This document shows positions 38,353 to 47,101 of a stretch of 64,000 bases of DNA, in pieces. This DNA comes from Clostridia bacterium (GTDB taxonomy: Bacteria; Bacillota; Clostridia; Oscillospirales; CAG-272): NCBI GenBank assembly GCA_017456545.1, contig JAFTJE010000030.1, positions 2,066 to 66,065 of the forward strand, written 5' to 3'. Each line of letters opens with the position of its first letter. The first letter of the stretch is position 1. The notes beneath the pieces were generated by a model that was not told the DNA's origin, made no database searches, and was given only the letters and a program-made list of their open reading frames with translations. A program made the position numbers and the translations under genes.

Positions 38353-38949
38353 TTATTTTGCTGACTTAGGTATTCCAATTATGGCACTTACGGTTTTTGT
38401 CGGCACCATAAGGCTTCCCTCTGTAAGCGTTACGCCGATTTTTCTTTCTGCGTCAAGATATTTTAATAGCTCCCTCTGATATTCTATGGATAGGTCCCCA
38501 TAGCCCGGGGAATAGCGTCTTACCTTATATCTGCCGTCTGTAAGATATAAATTGAGTCTGTCACAAAAGCTCTCTATCACAGCAACACAGGAGGCATTGA
38601 ACAGCACTCCCTTGGACGGCAGGGACTTCAAGTATCTGTTTACAAGCATATCTGCCCTTATCCCTATTGTGGCTACAAATATATATGCCTCACAATATCC
38701 GTCAAGAAATTTTGCAAGGTTTTCGCTTTCCATCTCCATAAAGTCAAAAATCACACGCTTTCCCTCAATTTTTACTCTGCTTTTTACATATACAGCCTTG
38801 GGGACGGCTATGCCTTTTGCCTCCTCTATACATTCCATAGTAAGAGCAAGCGTACTCTCGTCGGGGGAATTTATGCTTAAATATCTTAAGGCATCCTTTA
38901 TCTCCACCGAAAGAGTCTGTGGACTTACGGTATACATTGTGTGGGTCAT
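38353..38949 (-). CDS. Stand-alone methionine synthase activation (AdoMet-binding) domain protein
   Basis: RYSPGYGD (RxxxGY) signature of the MetH reactivation domain; 198 aa; ATGA overlap with the metF stop. Confidence 0.75.
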   Translation of the reverse strand: MTHTMYTVSPQTLSVEIKDALRYLSINSPDESTLALTMECIEEAKGIAVPKAVYVKSRVKIEGKRVIFDFMEMESENLAKFLDGYCEAYIFVATIGIRADMLVNRYLKSLPSKGVLFNASCVAVIESFCDRLNLYLTDGRYKVRRYSPGYGDLSIEYQRELLKYLDAERKIGVTLTEGSLMVPTKTVSAIIGIPKSAK

Positions 38950-39812
38950 TTTATAATCTCCGAAATATTTTTTTGAATATTTCTTGCAACATACTCTTTG
39001 TTCATAGAATACACATGTACTGCATTTATACCGTTGGCATACAAATCAATAATCTGGTCGGTAGCATATGCAATTCCTGCCTGGCTCATTGCCTGTGGGT
39101 TAGAGCCATAACGGTCAACCAACGCCTTAAAACGCTGAGGTATGTAAGAGCCGGAGAGCTTTATTGCCCTGTCTATTTGATTTGCGTTTGTAATAGGCAT
39201 AATTCCCGCTATTACGGGAACTGTAATTCCTGCCTCACGAATTTTATACATAAAGTTGTAAAAAAGATTATTGTCAAAGAACATCTGTGTTGTAAGGAAC
39301 TGACATCCTGCCGCCACCTTGAGCTTAAGGTTCAGTATATCCTCCTTTTGATTTGCACTCTCCGGGTGAATCTCGGGATAGCATGCACCACCTATACAGA
39401 AGCCTCCGTAATTACTTATATCCATAGCAAGCTCAGAGGCGTGCTTATAGTCAAACTTTATCTTATCTCTGTTCTCGGGAGTAATATCTCCTCTTAGGGC
39501 AAGGATGTTCTCTATACCTGCATTTTTCAGAGCTTCAAGACGGAGGTGAATATCATCCTTACTCGAATTTATACAGGTAAGATGAGCAATGGTATCAACA
39601 CCGCAATTATCCTTTATATTTTTGGCAACGGAAACGGTATACTCGCTTGTTCCACCGCCTGCTCCGTATGTAACACTCATAAAAGAGGGGCTTAGCATAG
39701 CTATTTTCTCTGTTGCTTCCTTCACTGTATCAAAAGCATCGCTTGTCTTAGGTGGAAACACCTCAAAGGAAAGCGATGGCTTATTTGATGTAATTATATC
39801 AATTATTTTCAT
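38946..39812 (-). CDS. metF: 5,10-methylenetetrahydrofolate reductase
   Basis: SFEVFPPKT, SVTYGAGG, LALRGD motifs; 288 aa. Confidence 0.9.
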   Translation of the reverse strand: MKIIDIITSNKPSLSFEVFPPKTSDAFDTVKEATEKIAMLSPSFMSVTYGAGGGTSEYTVSVAKNIKDNCGVDTIAHLTCINSSKDDIHLRLEALKNAGIENILALRGDITPENRDKIKFDYKHASELAMDISNYGGFCIGGACYPEIHPESANQKEDILNLKLKVAAGCQFLTTQMFFDNNLFYNFMYKIREAGITVPVIAGIMPITNANQIDRAIKLSGSYIPQRFKALVDRYGSNPQAMSQAGIAYATDQIIDLYANGINAVHVYSMNKEYVARNIQKNISEIIK

Positions 39813-39848
39813 TATGGTCCCTCCATTATGCTCAACACCTATAATATC

Positions 39849-39877
39849 ATTTTATCACTCAAAAAAACATTTTTCAA
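39849..39877 (-). promoter_or_regulatory. Sigma-A-type promoter for metF
   Basis: On the minus strand: TTGAAA, 17-nt spacer, TAAAAT. Confidence 0.5.
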
Positions 39878-40054
39878 TAAAAATATAAAAATAATGTATT
39901 ATAAATTCAAAATGTTAAAAAATAATCTTAGTGAGGTGATAAAACAGGCACACATAATACCAAAAAATTCCAAAGGTGAAGGTACCTGAGCCTCCTGTGT
40001 AAACCGGCACGGATATAAGTCTAAAACGGCAAAAACAAAAAGAACGGAGCAAAA

Positions 40055-40288
40055 TCATGAACATTTTACAGAACTAAAATCAGAACAACAATCAGAATAA
40101 CAGCCAGAATAAAAACCAGAACAACAATCAGAATAACAGCCAGAATAAAAACCAGAACAACAATCAGAATAACAGCCAGAACAACAATCAGAATAACAGC
40201 CAGAACAACAACCAGAACAACAGCCAGAACAACAGCCAGAACAACAGCCAGAACAACAGCCAGAACAACAACCAGAACAAAAATTCAT
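40055..40288 (-). other. Intact 77-aa Cys-rich repeat ORF (CCSG)n, antisense to the Q/N frame; coding status doubtful
   Basis: ATG at 40288 with no purine-rich SD in the 25 nt upstream. It begins just after the terminator of the upstream kinase gene. 26 of 77 residues are Cys by my count. Confidence 0.2.
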
Positions 40289-40296
40289 ACAGATAA
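40057..40296 (+). pseudogene. Candidate Q/N-rich repeat protein gene interrupted by a single in-frame TAA at codon 7
   Basis: GGAG (40046-40049) lies 7 nt before ATG 40057. Frame reads MNILQN*NQNNNQNNSQNK.. and ends TAA 40294-40296, just before a hairpin. TAA at 40075 differs from the repeat-variant AAA by one base. Confidence 0.3.
40069..40284. repeat. Tandem array of 18 x 12-nt units (consensus CAGAACAACAGC), with 24- and 36-nt higher-order units
   Basis: Contiguous units all begin with CAGAA. Variable positions are 6, 9, 11 and 12 of the unit, plus position 7 in the first unit only. Confidence 0.95.
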
Positions 40297-40299
40297 AAT

Positions 40300-40341
40300 A
40301 AAAACAAACACGGCGACCTGTTATGGCAGGTCGCCGTGTTT
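40300..40341. terminator. Hairpin terminator after the kinase gene (minus strand), also positioned after the plus-strand repeat ORF
   Basis: Stem ACACGGCGACCTG / CAGGTCGCCGTGT; T-rich tracts follow it on both strands. Confidence 0.8.
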
Positions 40342-40367
40342 AATTTTATTGCTGACGCAAGCAAGAA

Positions 40368-41117
40368 TTATTCAAATTCAACCACATTAGCCCAGGAGAG
40401 CAATAGCTCCTTTTCCTCGGGCTTACCCTTTACAGACTGGGAAGCTGCAACAATAGGAAGCCACTTTTGTACATAGGATTTTTTTGTTCCGGTCTTTTCA
40501 CAGAAAAGATCCATATACTTATCTGCCATTTCCTTCTCATTTGCAAGAGTAAAGATAAGATAAGTTCTCGCTACATCTGCAGATGCGTTACCCTGTGTAA
40601 CATGGGACCAGTCAATAATAAACATCTCTCCGTCATCTCTTACAATAACATTAGAGGGGTTAAAGTCTCCGTGACATACCTTATTATGCTTAGGCATACC
40701 GGTAAGTCGGGTATGAAGCTCGTACTTAACAGTATCGTCAAGCACAGTCTGGTCAATCTTTGCGTGCATTTTGTCCTTAAGCTTTATAAGTCCGGGACAT
40801 CTCTTTGTGTGAACAAGAATCTGCAGGTCTACAAATTTATCAAGATATTCGTCAATTTTATCGGGATTCTCCCTCATAAGCACATCAAGGGGAGTTCCCT
40901 CAACATACTCAGAGACAATCATCCATCTTCCGTCCACATTGCCAACCTCTAAGAGCTTGGGAATGTTGATATCTGTTTCCTCTACAAGTGCCTGATTTTT
41001 AGCCTGAGCCAAAACATCAGCCTTGGGATAATCCTTATTAAAAAGCTTAACCGTAGTATTGCCATCACGGTAAACCGTTTTGGTGGTTCTCTCTGCTATC
41101 ACATTTTCAAGTTTCAT
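40368..41117 (-). CDS. APH/choline-kinase-family phosphotransferase
   Basis: Catalytic HGDFNPSNVIV and IDW motifs; 249 aa. Confidence 0.75.
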   Translation of the reverse strand: MKLENVIAERTTKTVYRDGNTTVKLFNKDYPKADVLAQAKNQALVEETDINIPKLLEVGNVDGRWMIVSEYVEGTPLDVLMRENPDKIDEYLDKFVDLQILVHTKRCPGLIKLKDKMHAKIDQTVLDDTVKYELHTRLTGMPKHNKVCHGDFNPSNVIVRDDGEMFIIDWSHVTQGNASADVARTYLIFTLANEKEMADKYMDLFCEKTGTKKSYVQKWLPIVAASQSVKGKPEEKELLLSWANVVEFE

Positions 41118-41200
41118 TATTAGCCTCCTTGCTTTCCTGTTATTATTTTAACATAACAGGAGTGTATTTTACAATAGCTTTTGTATCTAAAAGTCTAACA

Positions 41201-43813
41201 TTAAACCTTTTTGCTTGTACCGTAGTATGCGTTCAGGTACATTTCCTTAATTTCACTCATAAGAGGATATCTGGGGTTAGCACCTGTGCACTGGTCATCA
41301 AATGCTTGCTCAACCATTTCATCAAGGTTGTCAAGGAAGTATTTTTCATCAACACCGTAATCCTTGATAGTGGACTTGATACCAACCTTTTCCTTAAGCT
41401 CATTTATAGCCTTGATAAGGTTTTCCACCTTCTTTTCATCTGTCTTACCGCCGAGTCCGAGGTAGTCGGCAACCTCTGCATATCGAGCCAATGTGTGGGG
41501 GTGGTCATACTGTGAGAAGGTACCCATCTTTGTAGGAGCCTCATCGGAGTTAAACTTAATTACCTCATTAATCATAAGGGCGTTGGCAACACCGTGGGGG
41601 AGGTGGTGGAATGCACCAAGCTTATGAGCCATGGAGTGACATACACCGAGGAATGCGTTAGCAAATGCCATACCTGCAATGGTTGCGGCATTAGCCATCT
41701 TCTCACGGGCGACAACATCGGTCTGACCGTTATCGTATGCTCTTGGGAGATACTCAAAGATAACCTTAAGAGCTCTTAATGCCAAACCGTCTGTATAGTC
41801 TGTCGCCATAATGGATGCATATGCCTCAAGGGCGTGAGTAACAGCGTCAATACCGGATGCTGCAGTAAGTCCACGGGGTGCGGACATATGAAAGTCTGTG
41901 TCAATTATTGCCATATTGGGGAGGAGCTCATAGTCGGCAAGAGGATATTTTACACCACTCTTTTCATCTGTTATAACTGCAAAGGGTGTAACCTCGGAGC
42001 CTGTACCTGCAGATGTGGGGATTGCGATAAAATACGCCTTTTCTCCCATTTTGGGGAATGTATATACTCTCTTGCGGATATCCATAAATCGCATAGCCAT
42101 ATCCATAAAGTCAACCTCGGGATGCTCATACATTACCCACATAATCTTTGCAGCGTCCATAGCAGAGCCACCACCAAGAGCAATAATTACATCGGGCTGG
42201 AATGCTCTCATCTGAGCAGCACCCTCCTTAGCACATGCAAGGGTGGGGTCGGGCTCTACATTGTGGAATGTAGCGTACTGAATACCCATTTTAGAAAGCT
42301 CATCTGTTATAGGCTTAGCATATCCGTTATTGAAAAGGAAGGTATCTGTAACGATAAATGCCTTTTTCTTGCCCATAACATCCTTAAGCTCGGCAAGAGC
42401 AACGGGCAGGCAGCCCTTCTTTATATATACCTTTTCGGGAGCTCTGAACCAAAGCATATTTTCTCTCCTTATTGCTACTGTTTTGATGTTGAGAAGGTGC
42501 TTAACACCTACATTGTCGGAAATGGAGTTGCCGCCCCAGGAGCCACAGCCAAGTGTAAGCGAGGGAGCAAGACGGAAGTTATAAACATCGCCCACTCCTC
42601 CGTGGGATGAGGGTGTATTTACAAGAACACGGCAGGTCTTCATCCTCAGGGTGAACTTTTCAAGCTTCTCTTTTTCTGTATATTCATTAATGTAAATGGA
42701 GGATGTATGTCCGAGACCTCCGTCCTCTATAAGAGCATACGCCTTATCGAGTGCCTCATCGAAGCTCTGTGCCTTATACATAGCAAGAACAGGAGAAAGC
42801 TTTTCGTGTGCAAACTCCTCGCTAAGCTCCACGCTATCCACCTCACCGATAAGAATCTTTGTCTTCTCGGGAACGGTAACGCCTGAGAGCTGTGCAATCT
42901 TAAATGCACTCTGACCAACTATTTTAGCGTTCAAGGCTCCGTTTATGATAATAGTCTTACGAACCTTCTCTGTTTCCTCAGGTGTAAGGAAATAGCATCC
43001 ACGACGGGTAAACTCTGCCTTAACCTCATTATATACCTTATCGAGAACTATAACAGACTGCTCGGATGCACAAATCATACCGTTATCAAAGGTCTTGGAG
43101 TGGATAATGGAGTTTACGGCAAGAAGAATATTTGCACTCTCGTCAATGATAGCAGGTGTGTTTCCTGCTCCTACGCCGAGTGCAGGCTTTCCACTGGAGT
43201 ATGCCGCCTTAACCATACCTGGACCACCTGTTGCAAGGATAATATCACTTTCTCTCATAAGGAGATTGGTAAGCTCAAGGCTGGGAACATCAATCCATGC
43301 GATGATATCCTCGGGGGCTCCTGCCTTAACAGCAGCCTCAAGAACAATTTTGGACGCTGCGATGGTGGAGAGCTTTGCTCTGGGATGGGGGCTGATAATA
43401 ATACCGTTTCTTGTCTTGAGAGCTATAAGAGTCTTAAAAATAGCTGTTGATGTAGGGTTTGTGGTTGGAATTACAGCACCAACAACTCCCACAGGGGCAG
43501 CAATCTTCTGTATACCACCCGATACATCCTCTTCAATAACATCACAGGTCTTTTCATCCCTGTATTTATTGTAAATAAATTCGGAGGCAAGATGATTTTT
43601 TATAACCTTATCCTCAACAATACCCATTCCTGTTTCGGCTACTGCCATTTTAGCAAGAGAAATTCTTTCTCTGTTTGCCGCAAGGGCAGCTGCTGCAAAA
43701 ATCTTATCTACCTGCTCCTGTGTGTAGGTAGCAAATTTTGCCTGTGCCGCCTTAACCCTCTTGAGTGCAGCCTCAAAGGTTTCTACATTTTCTACGATCT
43801 GATATTCTTTCAT
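41201..43813 (-). CDS. adhE: Bifunctional acetaldehyde-CoA / alcohol dehydrogenase
   Basis: ALDH N-domain plus Fe-ADH C-domain (GGGSAMDAAK, HxxxH region CHSMAHKLGAFHHLPHG). Start at MKEYQIV (43813). Confidence 0.95.
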   Translation of the reverse strand: MKEYQIVENVETFEAALKRVKAAQAKFATYTQEQVDKIFAAAALAANRERISLAKMAVAETGMGIVEDKVIKNHLASEFIYNKYRDEKTCDVIEEDVSGGIQKIAAPVGVVGAVIPTTNPTSTAIFKTLIALKTRNGIIISPHPRAKLSTIAASKIVLEAAVKAGAPEDIIAWIDVPSLELTNLLMRESDIILATGGPGMVKAAYSSGKPALGVGAGNTPAIIDESANILLAVNSIIHSKTFDNGMICASEQSVIVLDKVYNEVKAEFTRRGCYFLTPEETEKVRKTIIINGALNAKIVGQSAFKIAQLSGVTVPEKTKILIGEVDSVELSEEFAHEKLSPVLAMYKAQSFDEALDKAYALIEDGGLGHTSSIYINEYTEKEKLEKFTLRMKTCRVLVNTPSSHGGVGDVYNFRLAPSLTLGCGSWGGNSISDNVGVKHLLNIKTVAIRRENMLWFRAPEKVYIKKGCLPVALAELKDVMGKKKAFIVTDTFLFNNGYAKPITDELSKMGIQYATFHNVEPDPTLACAKEGAAQMRAFQPDVIIALGGGSAMDAAKIMWVMYEHPEVDFMDMAMRFMDIRKRVYTFPKMGEKAYFIAIPTSAGTGSEVTPFAVITDEKSGVKYPLADYELLPNMAIIDTDFHMSAPRGLTAASGIDAVTHALEAYASIMATDYTDGLALRALKVIFEYLPRAYDNGQTDVVAREKMANAATIAGMAFANAFLGVCHSMAHKLGAFHHLPHGVANALMINEVIKFNSDEAPTKMGTFSQYDHPHTLARYAEVADYLGLGGKTDEKKVENLIKAINELKEKVGIKSTIKDYGVDEKYFLDNLDEMVEQAFDDQCTGANPRYPLMSEIKEMYLNAYYGTSKKV

Positions 43814-44104
43814 TGTAATACCCTCTCTTCGATAGAATTTTATGCCTCTTTTCGGGCACCTTAAATTACGAAAATATTTTATCACAGTTTATGCGTTTTG
43901 TGAAATGCTTATATCGTATAGTGCTATGCTTTTATTTATATATCCAATAATGCTTATTTTGACACAAATTTGCATAAATTTTTTAGTAAAAATATACAAT
44001 TAATATGTTTTTCAAGACATTTCTCCCAATTTGTTGTAAAAAAGTCAGAATTAAACAGCTTTTACGGTGTTTAAGTTAGATAAAATTTCATATATGTTCA
44101 AAAT

Positions 44105-44143
44105 GCAAAAACAGAGCATACAGATTGTCTCTGCTGCTCTGTT
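44105..44143 (-). terminator. Terminator after the LysR-family gene
   Basis: Stem ACAGAGCA / TGCTCTGT with a U-run on the minus strand. Confidence 0.6.
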
Positions 44144-44195
44144 TTAACTATTATGGTGTATATCTTCGTGCTCACGCCGAAATATAATTCTGTGT

Positions 44196-45116
44196 TTACA
44201 TTCCTTCCTTAGCCTTCAATACTAACGCTATAAACTTTTTATCTATATCGGTCAGCTTATAACTTTCTCTGTATATTAAAACATCCTTGTACTTCTTTTT
44301 CATATATTCACAACGGCGTTCCACAAGATTGTTGTTGGCAAGCATTTCGTCAGGCATTGGGGATACCCACATAAAGGTATTCGGCACCTGTTCAAGGAGC
44401 ATATACTGGCTTGCCCTTTCAAACACATATATTCTCTTATCAACAAACTCGGACATCTCTGCTTTTTTAACATCAATAATTGGTAATGAGGGAACATAGG
44501 GGTCTGCGTGTGCTATCTCGATATAATCGGACAAATCCTCAGGGTTGATAACATCCTTTTTGGCAAGGGGATTATTTACGGACATTGCAAGAACATAGGA
44601 AAACTCTGTAATAGTCTTTGAAACAAGATTTTTCTCCTTGAACATAGACTCAAAATACTTCTCAAAGGTTTCCTGATATCTGATTATCGCAAGATTATAT
44701 TCTCCACGCAAAATATTGTTTATAGCACGCATAGAATTGGTCTCTTTATAAAAAATCTCGGCAGGAGTATCTGTTTTTATAGATTTTGCCAGCTCACCGA
44801 AAGCATAAGCAATGTATCCTGCACGGGGCACACAGGCAGAAAACTGCTGTTTATTGGTCTTTCCTGTTTTATAAATTTCCTCAAGCTCATCTATTTGAGA
44901 AAGTATCCTCTTTGCATACTGTAAAAACTCCTCACCGTTGGGAGTTACCGTAATACCCTTAGAGTTTCTTTCAAAAATAATAATGCCGAGACTGTCCTCC
45001 AATTCCTTTATGGCACGGCTGAGATTTGGCTGACCCATATACAGGTTTTTGGCAGCCTTACTGATGGACTTATTTTTCTCCACCTCTATGGCATATTTAA
45101 GATACTGAATATTCAT
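44196..45116 (-). CDS. LysR-family transcriptional regulator
   Basis: N-terminal wHTH MNIQYLKYAIEVEKNKSISKAAKNLYMGQPNLSRAIKELE; 306 aa. Confidence 0.85.
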   Translation of the reverse strand: MNIQYLKYAIEVEKNKSISKAAKNLYMGQPNLSRAIKELEDSLGIIIFERNSKGITVTPNGEEFLQYAKRILSQIDELEEIYKTGKTNKQQFSACVPRAGYIAYAFGELAKSIKTDTPAEIFYKETNSMRAINNILRGEYNLAIIRYQETFEKYFESMFKEKNLVSKTITEFSYVLAMSVNNPLAKKDVINPEDLSDYIEIAHADPYVPSLPIIDVKKAEMSEFVDKRIYVFERASQYMLLEQVPNTFMWVSPMPDEMLANNNLVERRCEYMKKKYKDVLIYRESYKLTDIDKKFIALVLKAKEGM

Positions 45117-45231
45117 GCTGTCCCTCCCGAAGCTTTTTTACCTATATATTTTATCATATATCATCCAAGTTGTCAATAAATCAAAACAAGAGTAGTGAAA
45201 AACACTACTCTTGCCTTTTATGTAATTAAAT

Positions 45232-46653
45232 TTACTCTGCTGATTCTGTGGATGCATCTGCTGTGGGGACAATGCTCTGTGCTGCCTTACCACCTACAAA
45301 GCCTGCAAGAAGACTTGCAAGATCGATGCCTGTAGACTGCTTCATACCCTCCATTATCTGGTCGGTGCTGTTCATAACATCACGAACGAGCTTTGTAGAG
45401 TTGCCGTCACCGTACATAACGATCTTATCTGTCTGTGCAAGAGGTGTAGCAGCATTCTTAACGACCTCGGGAAGGGCTGTAAGATACATTTCAAGAACGG
45501 ACGCCTCACCCATTTTCTTCTGTGCCTCTGCCTTCTTCTCAATTGCCTCAGCCTCTGCCATACCCTTGGCTCTGATACCCTCAGCCTCCTGCTCCATAGC
45601 GTAACGGAGTGCCTCAGCCTCAGCCTTTTTCGCTTCTGCTGCCTTTATAGCCTCATACTGACGGGCATCTGCCTCTCTCTGACGCTTGATAAGGGATGCC
45701 TCTGCTCTCTTTTCCTCCTGGTATTTAAGAGCATCTGCCTGCTTCTTGATTTCTGCATCAAGCTCTCTTTCCTTGATAGCGATTTCCTTTTCTGCAAGCT
45801 CTGCTTCCTTTTCACGGCGTGCAATATCAGCATTTGTCTTTGCAATTTCTATTGTCTTACGCTGATTTTCCTGCTGGATTGAATATGCTGCGTCTGCCTC
45901 TGCACGCTTTGTATCTGCCTTTACCTTCATTTCAGCCTGCTGAACTGCAAGAGCAGCATCCTGCTCTGCTATCTTCTTTTCAGCCTCTACCTTAACGGCA
46001 TTTGCCTCCTGCTGAGCATTGGATGTGGCAATAGCTATATCACGCTGTGCATTTGCCTTTGCTATCTGTGCGTTCTTTCTTATCTGCTCAACATTATCAA
46101 TACCCATATTTTCAATGGTGCCTGCTCCGTCCTTGAAGTTCTGAATATTGAAGTTTACAACCTCGATACCCAGCTTTTCCATATCGGGAACTACATTTTC
46201 GGTAATCTTTTTAGCAACACCCTGTCTGTCCTGTACCATTTCCTTAAGTCCTACAGAACCCACGATCTCACGCATATTACCCTCGAGAACCTGTGTTACA
46301 AGGTTAACCATCTCCTGACGGTTTTTACCGAGGAGGGCTTCTGCCGCACGCTTAAGAAGGTCGGGGTCAGAGGAAATTTTAATATTCGCAACACCGTCAA
46401 CTGTAACATTGATAAACTCGTTTGTAGGTACTGCCTCGGATGTCTTTACATCTACCTGTAAAACGCCGAGTGATAGCTTATCGAGACGGGTAAAGAAGGG
46501 CATTCTCCAGCCTGCTTTACCTATAAGGATTCGTCTTTTTCCAAGACCGGAAATGATAAATGCCGTATCCGGCGGAGCCTTAAGATAGCCCAAAGCAAAG
46601 AACAGCACAATAAGAATTCCCACTACTACTAAAGCAATAATAAGACCTGTCAT
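45232..46653 (-). CDS. Flotillin-like SPFH/Band-7 protein (FloT/YuaG type)
   Basis: N-terminal membrane hairpin, SPFH domain, and a long A/E/K-rich coiled-coil flotillin repeat region; 473 aa. Confidence 0.85.
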   Translation of the reverse strand: MTGLIIALVVVGILIVLFFALGYLKAPPDTAFIISGLGKRRILIGKAGWRMPFFTRLDKLSLGVLQVDVKTSEAVPTNEFINVTVDGVANIKISSDPDLLKRAAEALLGKNRQEMVNLVTQVLEGNMREIVGSVGLKEMVQDRQGVAKKITENVVPDMEKLGIEVVNFNIQNFKDGAGTIENMGIDNVEQIRKNAQIAKANAQRDIAIATSNAQQEANAVKVEAEKKIAEQDAALAVQQAEMKVKADTKRAEADAAYSIQQENQRKTIEIAKTNADIARREKEAELAEKEIAIKERELDAEIKKQADALKYQEEKRAEASLIKRQREADARQYEAIKAAEAKKAEAEALRYAMEQEAEGIRAKGMAEAEAIEKKAEAQKKMGEASVLEMYLTALPEVVKNAATPLAQTDKIVMYGDGNSTKLVRDVMNSTDQIMEGMKQSTGIDLASLLAGFVGGKAAQSIVPTADASTESAE

Positions 46654-47064
46654 AAAAAACCTCCTGAGTTTTATTAAATAATACTTTACCGAAAAATCTG
46701 TAGAATTGATACGATGAGAAATGACGGAGATGAAACCATATTATACATACGCCTCGCCATCATTCTCTACCAAACTCTAAAGACCAAAAAAGACCCTTAG
46801 CGTATTAAAAAACACTAAAAGTCTCGTTAAAATCTTTTCAAATTCAGTACGAACCGAGCACCTGCAGATGCTGTCTTGACGATGCGTACACATTGCCATG
46901 GCAATGAACTACTCCCTTTTCGGTATTATTATTTTAGCATATTTTGTGTTCACTGTCAATATTTTCAGATGGAATTTTACATAAATCTCTCTTTTTGTAT
47001 AACTGCACAATTCTAAAATTCAAATTTGTGCATTTTCAATAAAATATAAATTTAGCATATTTCA

Positions 47065-47095
47065 AACAAAAAAGAGCCCACAGTTGTAGGCTCTG
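47065..47095 (-). terminator. Terminator after sufBD
   Basis: Stem AGAGCC / GGCTCT with a U-run on the minus strand. Confidence 0.6.
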
Positions 47096-47101
47096 AATTG
47101 T

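Noticed and set aside
39813-40054. Expected SAM (S-box) riboswitch or T-box leader upstream of metF
   Set aside because: - Reading the minus strand, I found none of the conserved S-box helices or the T-box AGGGTGGNACCGCG core.
- The best promoter match leaves only a short leader.
- This is negative by eye only; a covariance-model scan would be decisive.
40069-40284. Possible CRISPR array
   Set aside because: - The units are only 12 nt and directly abut each other with no spacers.
- No cas genes are nearby.
- It is a simple tandem repeat.
43930-43950. TTGTGAA half-site upstream of adhE, considered as a Rex operator
   Set aside because: Only one half-site is present. There is no TTCACAA partner at the expected 4-6 nt spacing, so it is not supportable from sequence alone.
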